Source of the DNA: a virus | Taxonomy: Duplodnaviria > Caudoviricetes | Virus record (IMG/VR): IMGVR_UViG_3300028840_002963 | Location: 1-37,686 of that record | Strand: one strand, 5' to 3' | DNA: 37,686 bases | Part shown: positions 18,278-26,665 of the stretch, piece after piece | How the letters are laid out: every line of letters starts with the position of its first letter | Position numbering within the stretch: position 1 is the stretch's first letter | Notes under the pieces: generated by a model | Told to the model about the DNA's origin: nothing | What the model saw: the letters and a program-made list of their open reading frames with translations, nothing else | Database searches by the model: none | Translations under genes and position numbers: made by a program

Positions 18278-18853
18278 ATGGACCGAGCGGAAACTAAACA
18301 GCGTCTTATCGAGCTGCGGCAACTTGCAAAGCTGGCAGACCAGAACATTTACCGCCGCGTCAGCCTTGCCGCCGAGGTGTTGCAGGATATCGGCTGGATA
18401 GCTGACGAATTCGAGGGGGATGAGTGGCTGGCGAGGGACTACCTGTCCCGGCACTTCTTCGCCTCCCTCGCCGGCTACGTGCAGCTTGACACGCTGCTTG
18501 CCATCCGCAGCATGTTTCCGCGCGAAACTGAATGGTCAGAACATAACTACGATTTGCGTGCCATGGAATTGTTATGGGAAGAACAACGGCAGGTCGAAGC
18601 GAGGCAGTCCCAAGCAGTGGCGAGGCCACGCGCAACACACGCCGACCTAGAGGCTGCACAGACCGAAGCCTCCACGCAACGCGTGGCTGCCACAAAGGCA
18701 ACACAAGAGAAGGCCGCCGCTCTCAGGGAAGTTGAACGCCTGCGCCGCCGCGTTGCCGAGTTAGAGGCTGCAAATGCTGCATTGCAGGCTGAGAACGACC
18801 GGCTTACGGCCCAGGTGGCCGCTCTCAGCGCCTCTGTTGTGGGGGTCGCGTGA
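18278..18853 (+). CDS. Unknown protein with C-terminal coiled coil, coupled to the Cas12f-like gene
   Basis: AAGGAG RBS; heptad repeats EVERLRRRVAELEAANAALQAENDRL; GTGATG stop/start overlap. Confidence 0.8.
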   Translation: MDRAETKQRLIELRQLAKLADQNIYRRVSLAAEVLQDIGWIADEFEGDEWLARDYLSRHFFASLAGYVQLDTLLAIRSMFPRETEWSEHNYDLRAMELLWEEQRQVEARQSQAVARPRATHADLEAAQTEASTQRVAATKATQEKAAALREVERLRRRVAELEAANAALQAENDRLTAQVAALSASVVGVA

Positions 18854-20163
18854 TGCCGACGCAGGTGCTTGAAATCAAGCTCGGGGCGTGCCTCACGATG
18901 CCGACCAGGCGTTGTCACGCACTGCTTGCCGAGGTTGCTCGGGACTGCAATCTGGCTCGTAACGGAGCGCTGCGGCACTGGATCCGGTGGCGAGAGGACA
19001 ACCCCGACTGGCAGCCGGCCCAACGGCGTCGACGTGATGGGTCGCCGAAAGTCAGCGCCGCTGGGAAACCCGTGTTGGAAGACCCCGCGATGTCGCAGGC
19101 CGAAGAGAACGAGATGTATTACGCCGCCCGTCGGCTTGCCCCGCGTGTGTCTTCGAATGTCATCACACACGTCCGCGGCGAGGTTCTGGCGAAACTGAAA
19201 GCGAAGATGCCGTGGAACCATCCAGGCAGTGCCCGCTACTTCTGGCAGGGCATCCTAGCCTATGAAATATCCGCCCCCTCCTGGCGTGGTGAGGCGATCC
19301 CTGTCCCCAACAACTCCGCTGCGATTTGTTATTGCGGCGAGTTCAATCGGGAGACCAACGCAGAGGCGATGCGGCACTGCGGGGCCAGTTCGTGCGTCGT
19401 ACGATTTCCACTGCTCAGCAAGAACGCTGGCATGCGTGAGCGGTCGCCTATCTGTCGTTTGGAAGTGCGGCAGCTCAGCAAAGGCAATCGCGCCGTCGTG
19501 CGTCGCATCGCTCATGGCGAGCTGAAAATGTCTGACTCGAAACTGGTTCACAAACGCGGCGCGTGGTTTTTCCAGTTGACCTACAAGCAGCCGGCGCGTG
19601 ACCACGCCCTAACTATCGACCGTGTCGCCGTCCTGACGCCGACCGGCCCCGATTGTCGACGCGGTCCGTTTGAACTGCTCTTCCCTCCCGAGGGGGACGC
19701 CAGCGGCCGCGCATTTCAACGCCGTTGGTACGTTGGTGACGCCGCGCCACTGGAAGCTGAGTATCGACGCCTGGCGATCCGCCGGCGTGTCATCCGCAAC
19801 CGCTACAAGGACGGTGCCAAACGCGGTCACGGCAAGCAAGGTTTCTATCGGGCGCTGCGGCCGTTCTCCCGCGCCTTCTGCGACATGGAAGACCGCTTCA
19901 CAAAACACCTCGTTACGGACATCGTCGCAGCGTGCATCAAACAGGACTGCGGCGCGTTGGCCTACCGCGAACCGACCATGCCATTGCGCGACAAGCTGTG
20001 GTTTGGAGTGCGCGGAATACCGTTTCCGTGGACTCAGTTTGCTGGCCGTCTGAAATTCAAAATGGCAGCCAATGCCATCGAATGGCAGACGACAAAACGA
20101 CTTGGCGTGGCACAGCATCGACAGGAATACGGATGGGGTCAAGACGACGAAAAAGCAAGCTGA
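18850..20163 (+). CDS. Compact Cas12f/TnpB-like type V effector, predicted nuclease-dead
   Basis: 437 aa next to a CRISPR array; WED-end GAWFFQLTY; RuvC-I position reads RVAVLTPTG (no GxDxG Asp); bridge-helix region GHGKQG; RuvC-II region LVTDIV ... ALAYREP; FPWTQF ... LKFK; ends without zinc finger or RuvC-III. Confidence 0.78.
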   Translation: MMPTQVLEIKLGACLTMPTRRCHALLAEVARDCNLARNGALRHWIRWREDNPDWQPAQRRRRDGSPKVSAAGKPVLEDPAMSQAEENEMYYAARRLAPRVSSNVITHVRGEVLAKLKAKMPWNHPGSARYFWQGILAYEISAPSWRGEAIPVPNNSAAICYCGEFNRETNAEAMRHCGASSCVVRFPLLSKNAGMRERSPICRLEVRQLSKGNRAVVRRIAHGELKMSDSKLVHKRGAWFFQLTYKQPARDHALTIDRVAVLTPTGPDCRRGPFELLFPPEGDASGRAFQRRWYVGDAAPLEAEYRRLAIRRRVIRNRYKDGAKRGHGKQGFYRALRPFSRAFCDMEDRFTKHLVTDIVAACIKQDCGALAYREPTMPLRDKLWFGVRGIPFPWTQFAGRLKFKMAANAIEWQTTKRLGVAQHRQEYGWGQDDEKAS

Positions 20164-20465
20164 CGCTGCCCTGCCGCGTGTGCGGCGAACCGGTGGCTGT
20201 CAGTGCGGCCAGGTATCTGGCGAGCGATCGCCCGGTCTGCGTGCGCAACGGGTGCCGACGTTATGTGCTCCGCGAGCGGCTGGGTGGCGCGACAAACCCC
20301 GGGGCCGCTCGCACATCGCAAAACCTTCTGATCCCTGCGGTTGCGGGCGCGCGGTACCTGCTCGGACGTGGACGACGCGGCCACCAACACGCACCGCTCG
20401 CAAACGGGCGCGTAAGTCGTGTGCTGGCTGCGGGTAGCGAGCGCGGGGGTGCAGCGGATGAATAA
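20133..20465 (+). CDS. Small zinc-finger ORF overlapping the effector 3' end and running through the leader
   Basis: AGGA RBS, ATG 20133, CRVCG ... CVRNGC; lies in the -1 frame relative to the effector. Confidence 0.45.
   Translation: MGSRRRKSKLTLPCRVCGEPVAVSAARYLASDRPVCVRNGCRRYVLRERLGGATNPGAARTSQNLLIPAVAGARYLLGRGRRGHQHAPLANGRVSRVLAAGSERGGAADE
20270..20447 (+). promoter_or_regulatory. CRISPR leader
   Basis: Inverted repeats GCGAGCGGC/GCCGCTCGC (20272-20312) and CGCTCGC/GCGAGCG (20395-20443) directly before repeat 1. Confidence 0.6.
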
Positions 20466-21502
20466 CGACAGGAATGATGCGAGCAAAGCCTCATCGCCGT
20501 TTCCCGTTGCTCTTCGCATTGGTGCAGCGGATGAATAACGACAGGAATGATGCGAGCGGCGCAGCTGGGCGATGAAGAGCCGACCACAATCACGGTGCAG
20601 CGGATGAATAACGACAGGAATGATGCGAGCGATCCTGAAAAAGGACCCGCGACCCCCCCCAGGGAGTGCAGCGGATGAATAACGACAGGAATGATGCGAG
20701 CGGCGCAGCTGGGCGATGAAGAGCCGACCACAATCACGGTGCAGCGGATGAATAACGACAGGAATGATGCGAGAAGATTGGGCCGAGGCCATGGCTTTTG
20801 CGGGGTTCTCACCGGTGCAGCGGATGAATAACGACAGGAATGATGCGAGCAAACGCCGTAGGCCGGTCGCAGCCGTGGTCTCCCCGGTGCACCGGATGAA
20901 TAACGACAGGAATGATGCGAGTACATCAGCGTCGTTTCGACGTTGTCGTTCTCTGAGGTGCAGCGGATGAATAACGACAGGAATGATGCGAGATCCATTG
21001 CGACGGGCGGACCGGAGAGCGCCGGCCCCGGTGCAGCGGATGAATAACGACAGGAATGATGCGAGTTCTCGGGCGATTGTACGAGAAGTTGTGTGTGACG
21101 GTGCAGCGGATGAATAACGACAGGAATGATGCGAGGGCCAGGTGGGCGACGTGTTGGACGAACTCGTCGGCGGTGCAGCGGATGAATAACGACAGGAATG
21201 ATGCGAGTGACAGGGACACTGGATTGGGCCGGCCGGCGGTGATGGGTGCAGCGGATGAATAACGACAGGAATGATGCGAGTCTTCTGCCGATTCCGAAAC
21301 CGAACCGACCGGCCCGGTGCAGCGGATGAATAACGACAGGAATGATGCGAGGCGTTTGTTAGGTCATCCGCGGCGGCCTGCACCGGAGCGCAGGTGCAGC
21401 GGATGAATAACGACAGGAATGATGCGAGTCGTCGTCCAGCCAGAGCGCGACGCGGAGGTCGAGGAGGGTGCAGCGGATGAATAACGACAGGAATGATGCG
21501 AG
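20448..21502 (+). CRISPR. CRISPR array: 15 repeats of 36 bp, 14 spacers of 34-41 bp (13 unique)
   Basis: Repeat GGTGCAGCGGATGAATAACGACAGGAATGATGCGAG starts at 20448, 20521, 20594, 20665 (G1A), 20738, 20814, 20886 (G7C), 20957, 21030, 21100, 21172, 21245, 21316, 21393 and 21467. Orientation inferred from the leader and anti-repeat. Confidence 0.99.
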
Positions 21503-21548
21503 AGATCCTGTCCGACCGGCGTGCCGGCGTCGATGACGCCAACAATGG

Positions 21549-21863
21549 ATGACGATGGAACGGATACGTTGTGTCATGAACCAACGCCGACTATTCACCG
21601 AGCTCTCGCACGACACCACGTACGGCATCGACTACGAGCCGTGCGACAAGACGTTGCCGCGTGTTGAGTACCCGCGGCTTTCGCGGCAGTGCCGGCTGAT
21701 TATTGACAGGCTCAGGCGTGGCGATGCGACGAACGACCAGTTGGCGCAGATATCGCGCAAGTACACGTCGCGAATCAGCGACCTGCGGAAAGCTGGCTAC
21801 ACAATCATCTGTCTCCACCAGGACCACGTAACCGGTGAGACGATTTATCGGTTGGAGGAATGA
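21549..21863 (+). CDS. Winged helix-turn-helix protein
   Basis: IIDRLRRGDATNDQL ... YTSRISDLRKAGYTI ... YRL; start may be ATG 21576. Confidence 0.72.
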   Translation: MTMERIRCVMNQRRLFTELSHDTTYGIDYEPCDKTLPRVEYPRLSRQCRLIIDRLRRGDATNDQLAQISRKYTSRISDLRKAGYTIICLHQDHVTGETIYRLEE

Positions 21864-21898
21864 CCACTGCCGACACCCGAACCTGAAAGGACGACACG

Positions 21899-22105
21899 AT
21901 GGCCGAGAAAAACCTGATATACCGAATATACATCGTCAGCAGGGGGCGAATGTTGTTCGGCGGTGAGTGGAGAATGCGCAAGATTGCCCTTTGGCATTTT
22001 ACCTCGCGATGCTCTCGCCGATTACCCGGCGAGGTAATCCGACTGTTGGAGCACGATAAAGCCACGGGAGAGGATAACGTGATTGAGAAGGTGCCGGCGA
22101 ACTGA
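21899..22105 (+). CDS. Hypothetical protein
   Basis: AAGGA RBS; co-oriented in the early operon. Confidence 0.55.
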   Translation: MAEKNLIYRIYIVSRGRMLFGGEWRMRKIALWHFTSRCSRRLPGEVIRLLEHDKATGEDNVIEKVPAN

Positions 22106-22225
22106 CCACCTAACCTACCACAACGGGGCGGACACTCGAACACGAGGAGACGAGACGATGGCCGAGAATCGGACGGCTTTCATCCCGCTTGCAGTACGAG
22201 CTTCTGTAAAAGCTGCCGTAGAGGA

Positions 22226-22444
22226 ATGGGCATGAGAGAAGAGCAAATGCCACCCCGCGAGATGTACGCCGTTGCCAGCGATGACCAGGTCGCGCTCGAA
22301 TACGTGGCCATGACGAAGTCGGTCGCTGTACTCGAGGCCCGCCGCCTGAATCGGCGATGCACGCTGAACCGCTACCGTGTCTACCGTGTGCTGGTGAGCG
22401 ACTGGCAGCTCGTGGTCGAGGACGTAGAACAGGAGGAATCATGA
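22226..22444 (+). CDS. Hypothetical protein
   Basis: GAGGA RBS; ATGA overlap with the exonuclease gene. Confidence 0.55.
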   Translation: MGMREEQMPPREMYAVASDDQVALEYVAMTKSVAVLEARRLNRRCTLNRYRVYRVLVSDWQLVVEDVEQEES

Positions 22445-23388
22445 CCCATCAAACAAAACGTGACCGCTGGCTCGGCGACCGCCACCTCGGCCTTGGCGGC
22501 TCGGACGCCCCGGCCGCTCTCGGTTGCGACCCGTGGCGATCGACGCTCGCCCTCTACCACGAGAAGCGCGGCGACATCGAACCGGATGATATTGGAGACA
22601 ACCCCCGCGTTTACTGGGGACACGTTCTAGAGCCAGCCGTCCGCGCTGAAGTCAAGCGGCGCGTTGGCATCCCGGTCTGCAATCCCGGGCGCTACACCAT
22701 CCAGCGGTCGGAAGCCCACCCCTTTATGTTCTGCACTCTTGACGGCCTGCTCCGTTATGCGACGGACCCGGTCCACCAACTATTCCAGCTCGACGACCAG
22801 CCAACCCCCAACGGTCCCGGCGTCGTCGAAATCAAAACAGCGGGCCATTTCTCCCGCGAACAGTGGGAGGAGCGCTGGCCACTGCACTACCAGGTGCAGA
22901 CCCAGCACCAGCTCGCCGTCACCGGCCACACCTGGGGACTCGTGGCCGTCCTCATCGCCGGGTTCGACTTTCGCCTCTATCCGTTCACCGCAGACCCCGA
23001 ATTCCAAAAGGCGATGATTGACAGCGAACGCGGCTTCTGGGACCTCGTCCAGACCGGTACGCCGCCGGACGCCGATGCGTCGCAATCGACGGCAGACGCG
23101 CTACGTAAGCTCTATCCGGTCGATGATGGTGAGACTATAGATTTGCCGGCAGAGGCAGGCATCTGGGACCATCGGCTCGTCAACGCCAAGGCCGAACGCA
23201 AAAACATCGACGAGACCATCCGCGAGTGCGAGAACAAACTCCGCGCGGCCATCGGGTCGGCGTCTGTCGGCGTGATGCCGAACGGCACCAGCTACACTCA
23301 CAAACTCCAGAAGCGTAAGGCCTACACGGTCGACGCCAAGGAATTCCGTGTTTTACGCCGCCTCAAACCCCCGAAGGAGAAACCATGA
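22441..23388 (+). CDS. YqaJ-like viral recombinase exonuclease
   Basis: LGGSDA, WGHVLEP, CTLDG, VEIKT and YQVQTQHQLAV motifs; start ATG 22441 with AGGAGG. Confidence 0.92.
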   Translation: MTHQTKRDRWLGDRHLGLGGSDAPAALGCDPWRSTLALYHEKRGDIEPDDIGDNPRVYWGHVLEPAVRAEVKRRVGIPVCNPGRYTIQRSEAHPFMFCTLDGLLRYATDPVHQLFQLDDQPTPNGPGVVEIKTAGHFSREQWEERWPLHYQVQTQHQLAVTGHTWGLVAVLIAGFDFRLYPFTADPEFQKAMIDSERGFWDLVQTGTPPDADASQSTADALRKLYPVDDGETIDLPAEAGIWDHRLVNAKAERKNIDETIRECENKLRAAIGSASVGVMPNGTSYTHKLQKRKAYTVDAKEFRVLRRLKPPKEKP

Positions 23389-24425
23389 CAAACGCTCTCG
23401 CCACCAGCGACACCCCAGCCACAAAAACCGAACTGGACCTACTCGGCCATGCCCGTGCGATTGGCGCGCTGCAGTCGTTCGCTGAGACCGCGGCGGAGTC
23501 AGACTTGGTGCCAAAGGAATACCGGGGAAAGCCAGGCAACTGCCTAGTGGCCATGCAGTACGGCGCCGAACTGGGCATGGGACCGGTCCGGGCAATGCAA
23601 TCCATATGTGTCATAAACGGCCGCCCGTCACTCTTCGGTGATGCCATGCTGGCCCTGGTAAAAGCGTCGCCACTCTTCGCTGGTATTGTCGAATGCCTCG
23701 ATGGGCAGGGCGAGGCCATGCTCGCCAAATGCACAGTCCACCGGCACAGCGATGCCACCGTGACTCGCACATTCTCTGTATCAGACGCCAAACGCGCACG
23801 GCTGTGGGGCAAAGCTGGCCCCTGGACCGAATACCCGTGGCGGATGCTACAGATGCGTGCCCGGGCCTTCGCGCTGCGTGACCTATTCCCGGATGTCCTG
23901 GCCGGCGTCGCATGTGTGGAAGAGCAGTTGGACATCCCGCAACCGACGGTGACAGCGGCAACGGAATCCCCCAAAACGCTTGCCGACCTGACAACGCACC
24001 TAACAGCCAGCACGGACGCCAAGACGGCACCCAGGACGGGCGCCGGCACGGAGGCGGATGGATCGGACGGTGCGGACACGGAGGCCGCACAGGACGGCAC
24101 GGAGGCCGCTCTGGACTCACCCGTAGACGAACCGAAGGACACGGCAGCGGACGCCGAACGACTGGAGGAGCGGGCAGTGGACGCCGCTACGGGTGAGTTA
24201 TTTGGACCACAGCACCCAGGACCCCGACGCATCGCCGAAAAGATTCGGAAGATGAAAACCGCCAGGCCACTCGAATGCCTCATCCAGGCGATCAAGGACG
24301 ACCCGACGACCGACGAGCGACACCGAGCCGCGCTACTCGAAATCGCGCAGGAACGATTCGACTGGATTACATCGCAGTCGACTGCGAAGCAAAACGCACC
24401 AAAACAGAAAACCCTCCCACGATGA
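23385..24425 (+). CDS. RecT-like single-strand annealing recombinase
   Basis: LVPKEYRGKPGN, GAELG, INGRPSL and PW ... RMLQMRARAFALRD motifs; coupled to the YqaJ-like gene. Confidence 0.82.
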   Translation: MTNALATSDTPATKTELDLLGHARAIGALQSFAETAAESDLVPKEYRGKPGNCLVAMQYGAELGMGPVRAMQSICVINGRPSLFGDAMLALVKASPLFAGIVECLDGQGEAMLAKCTVHRHSDATVTRTFSVSDAKRARLWGKAGPWTEYPWRMLQMRARAFALRDLFPDVLAGVACVEEQLDIPQPTVTAATESPKTLADLTTHLTASTDAKTAPRTGAGTEADGSDGADTEAAQDGTEAALDSPVDEPKDTAADAERLEERAVDAATGELFGPQHPGPRRIAEKIRKMKTARPLECLIQAIKDDPTTDERHRAALLEIAQERFDWITSQSTAKQNAPKQKTLPR

Positions 24426-24720
24426 GACAGGCCCATTAGTGGCCGAATCGGCGCGCCCGCCGTCGCGAGGCTTCTCTAAACTGGAGCCAGCGGGCACTTA
24501 GTTACAGGGACTGATACTATGGCGACACACACCGGCCCGCCCTGGCCGCCAACGGTGGCAACTAGACCCCACCAGCCAAGCCGACGCCGCTTCACCGCCG
24601 GCATGGGTGGCGTAAGTCGTGAGTGCGCCGGCTCATCACCGAGGAACCAACTCCGCGTCGTCGCGGCCCGACGTCCGTAACCACGACCGGCCGCACCAAA
24701 CAATCCATAAGGAGACCGTC

Positions 24721-24975
24721 ATGGACGCCGCCACGGTCGTATCCGCTGGACTCATCGGTGCCTGGGTTGGGGCCGGGCTCGCTGTCCTCGGTATCGCCAT
24801 GCTCAGCCGTGGCACACAGGCCGACTGCTGGGAAAACGCCTTCAACCAAGGATTCGAGAAAGGATTCGAGAAAGGGCGAAAATCGGTCATCGACATCCGC
24901 ACCCCGTATGCTCCATTGCAACAGAGGCCTGCCCCTATTCCAGACCCAGACCGTGGCGCCGGACGCGCCACGTAG
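24721..24975 (+). CDS. Small membrane protein with GFEKG repeats
   Basis: AAGGAG RBS at ATG 24721; one hydrophobic helix. Confidence 0.65.
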   Translation: MDAATVVSAGLIGAWVGAGLAVLGIAMLSRGTQADCWENAFNQGFEKGFEKGRKSVIDIRTPYAPLQQRPAPIPDPDRGAGRAT

Positions 24976-24991
24976 CATTTACCCAAGATAC

Positions 24992-25246
24992 ATGAGCTCG
25001 ACAAGCAGACGGAAGAAACGCAGGGGGCGCAGCAAGGTGGCCGCTCCCCCAACAACTCCTCGGTGCCCGCTGTGCGGCATCCACGGCAAGCCGCTGGGCA
25101 CTGAGGACCTGTACCGCTGCGATCGTTGTGGCGGACTGTTTGACTCGTGCCCTGACGAGGGCGGGACCCACTCGACCTATGATCCGGCTGCGCGGATGAA
25201 GCGGGCCGAAACCAGAAGGGAAAAGCGATATGGCAAGCGCTACTGA
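24992..25246 (+). CDS. Small zinc-ribbon protein
   Basis: CPLC ... CDRC; start ATG 24992. Confidence 0.6.
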   Translation: MSSTSRRKKRRGRSKVAAPPTTPRCPLCGIHGKPLGTEDLYRCDRCGGLFDSCPDEGGTHSTYDPAARMKRAETRREKRYGKRY

Positions 25247-25889
25247 CAAAATCGCACGTACTTACGGGCGCGAATACGTGGCCGATACGAGGGACCGCCA
25301 CTATCGGCTGCGCACCCGCCGCACGACGCGCAAGTACCGTTATTGGCGCTGCGGCCAGGTAACGGACCAGGGCGCCGCACCGAATTGCGTCGGCCACGCC
25401 TGGGCCAATTGGCTCGCGGCGTCACCCGTGAGGCAGCGCCCGATTGCGCCCGATGGGATCTATACTTTGGCCCAGTACCACGACGAGTGGGAAGGGCAGG
25501 ATTACGAGGGAACTTCGGTGCGTGGAGCCGCGAAAGTGCTGACCATAACAGGCCATATTTCTGAGTATCGATGGGAATGGCGATTGACGCCTGCCATCGA
25601 ATACCTGCTCGTAAGCGGGCCGCTCGTGCTCGGGGTGAACTGGTACGAGGGGATGGAAGAGCCTGATCTGAAAGGCGTGATACACGCTGATGGAAGGCTG
25701 CTCGGTGGGCATGCCGTGCTGTGCTATGGAGCCAATTGCAGCACCCAGCTGGTCAGCATCCGCAACAGTTGGGGCCGTGGCTGGGGCGACAACGGCAACT
25801 GCCGCATTTCGTTCGCGGATCTCGACCAGTTGCTGAGTGAGGACGGCGAATGCTGCGCGGCTGTGGAATCGCAACCCTCGGCGCAATGA
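25230..25889 (+). CDS. Papain-like (C1) cysteine peptidase
   Basis: DQG ... CVGHA (Gln, Cys), GGHAV (His), IRNSWGRGWG (Asn). Confidence 0.9.
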   Translation: MASATDKIARTYGREYVADTRDRHYRLRTRRTTRKYRYWRCGQVTDQGAAPNCVGHAWANWLAASPVRQRPIAPDGIYTLAQYHDEWEGQDYEGTSVRGAAKVLTITGHISEYRWEWRLTPAIEYLLVSGPLVLGVNWYEGMEEPDLKGVIHADGRLLGGHAVLCYGANCSTQLVSIRNSWGRGWGDNGNCRISFADLDQLLSEDGECCAAVESQPSAQ

Positions 25890-25988
25890 GGAAAACAAGG
25901 AGCCTTAGCAGTCGGGTGTGTAGCAGTGGAAGACGGGAGATTTGAACCCGTCTCCCGTCGACCGCTGCGACAGACGGAGAGAACGAGG

Positions 25989-26180
25989 ATGATTTGGAGT
26001 GACGACCGGATCCTGGTGTGCGGCCACGAGTGGCACAACGCAACAGACGTCACCACGGCAGGCCCAGTGCACCGGTTGGAGGATGTCGTCGAGGCGGGCG
26101 GGCGTGTCCCCGAGTTTGTGACTGGAACATTCAGGCCGTTCACTGAATCACGAAGGGATTGGGACATTGACCATCCATGA
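25989..26180 (+). CDS. Hypothetical protein
   Basis: Short co-oriented ORF; start uncertain. Confidence 0.4.
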   Translation: MIWSDDRILVCGHEWHNATDVTTAGPVHRLEDVVEAGGRVPEFVTGTFRPFTESRRDWDIDHP

Positions 26181-26394
26181 AAAGCTAGCCGCGGAACGAT
26201 TCAAGCAGCTCGTGGCGATTCAGAAGCGATGCCAGCGACAGATGGCCATGCTTCAGCGGCTGGAATGGGTCATGATCAGGCTTACGGATAGCGGTGAGCA
26301 TGTCGGGCATTGCCCCGCGTGCATGCGGCGAGAGACCGAAGGGCACACGGCGGACTGTGAGTTGGCCGCACTGTTACGGGAGAACGAACCATGA
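26167..26394 (+). CDS. Hypothetical protein with CxxC ... HxxxC motif
   Basis: HCPAC ... GHTADC; ATGA overlap with the next gene. Confidence 0.6.
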   Translation: MTIHEKLAAERFKQLVAIQKRCQRQMAMLQRLEWVMIRLTDSGEHVGHCPACMRRETEGHTADCELAALLRENEP

Positions 26395-26564
26395 CCGCAC
26401 TCTACTGTTTGGCCAGCGCGATCGGCGGTGCTGGCCTGGCTTTGATCGGGCTCGCGATCCTTACGGCGGGCAGCCGAGCAGACGACTGGAGCGAGGTGTG
26501 GAACGCTGGCTATGAGGCCGGAAAAGCTGATGCCATGGAGGCAGTGTGGTCAGGCGAGCCGTGA
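26391..26564 (+). CDS. Small membrane protein (57 aa, not in ORF track), resembles 24721-24975
   Basis: MTALYCLASAIGGAGLALIGLAILTAGSRADDWSEVWNAGYEAGK; GGAG RBS. Confidence 0.65.
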   Translation: MTALYCLASAIGGAGLALIGLAILTAGSRADDWSEVWNAGYEAGKADAMEAVWSGEP

Positions 26565-26620
26565 CATCAACCCAACTGCGGCCCGTGGAGCCGCGGCTAT
26601 TGGGTCGAATGAATGGACGT

Positions 26621-26650
26621 TGGCTATGGCTATGGCTATGGCTATGGCTG
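26621..26650 (+). repeat. (TGGCTA)4 TGGCTG microsatellite
   Basis: Read directly; lies just before the rep gene RBS. Confidence 0.9.
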
Positions 26651-26665
26651 ATGGAGGATGGAACT

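Noticed and set aside
20119-20128. 10-nt repeat fragment CGACAGGAAT in the effector 3' end
   Set aside because: Too short to call a degenerate repeat; it coincides with an RBS-like AGGA.
18850-20163. IS200/IS605 or CAST transposon interpretation
   Set aside because: No tnpA, serine recombinase or tnsB/tnsC/tniQ and no element ends seen; the gene is tied to an array and tracr-like RNA.
20774-20813. Spacer 5 partial similarity to ~36326-36347
   Set aside because: About 16 of 22 matches with only an 8-nt run; not credible.
20850-20885. Spacer 6 partial similarity to ~35680-35702
   Set aside because: About 18 of 23 scattered matches in GC-rich DNA; consistent with chance.
20139-21584. 481-aa minus-strand ORF and other ORFs across the array
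   Set aside because: Translation of CRISPR repeats (recurring SHHSCRYSSAA, ASFLSLFIRCT); not a protein.
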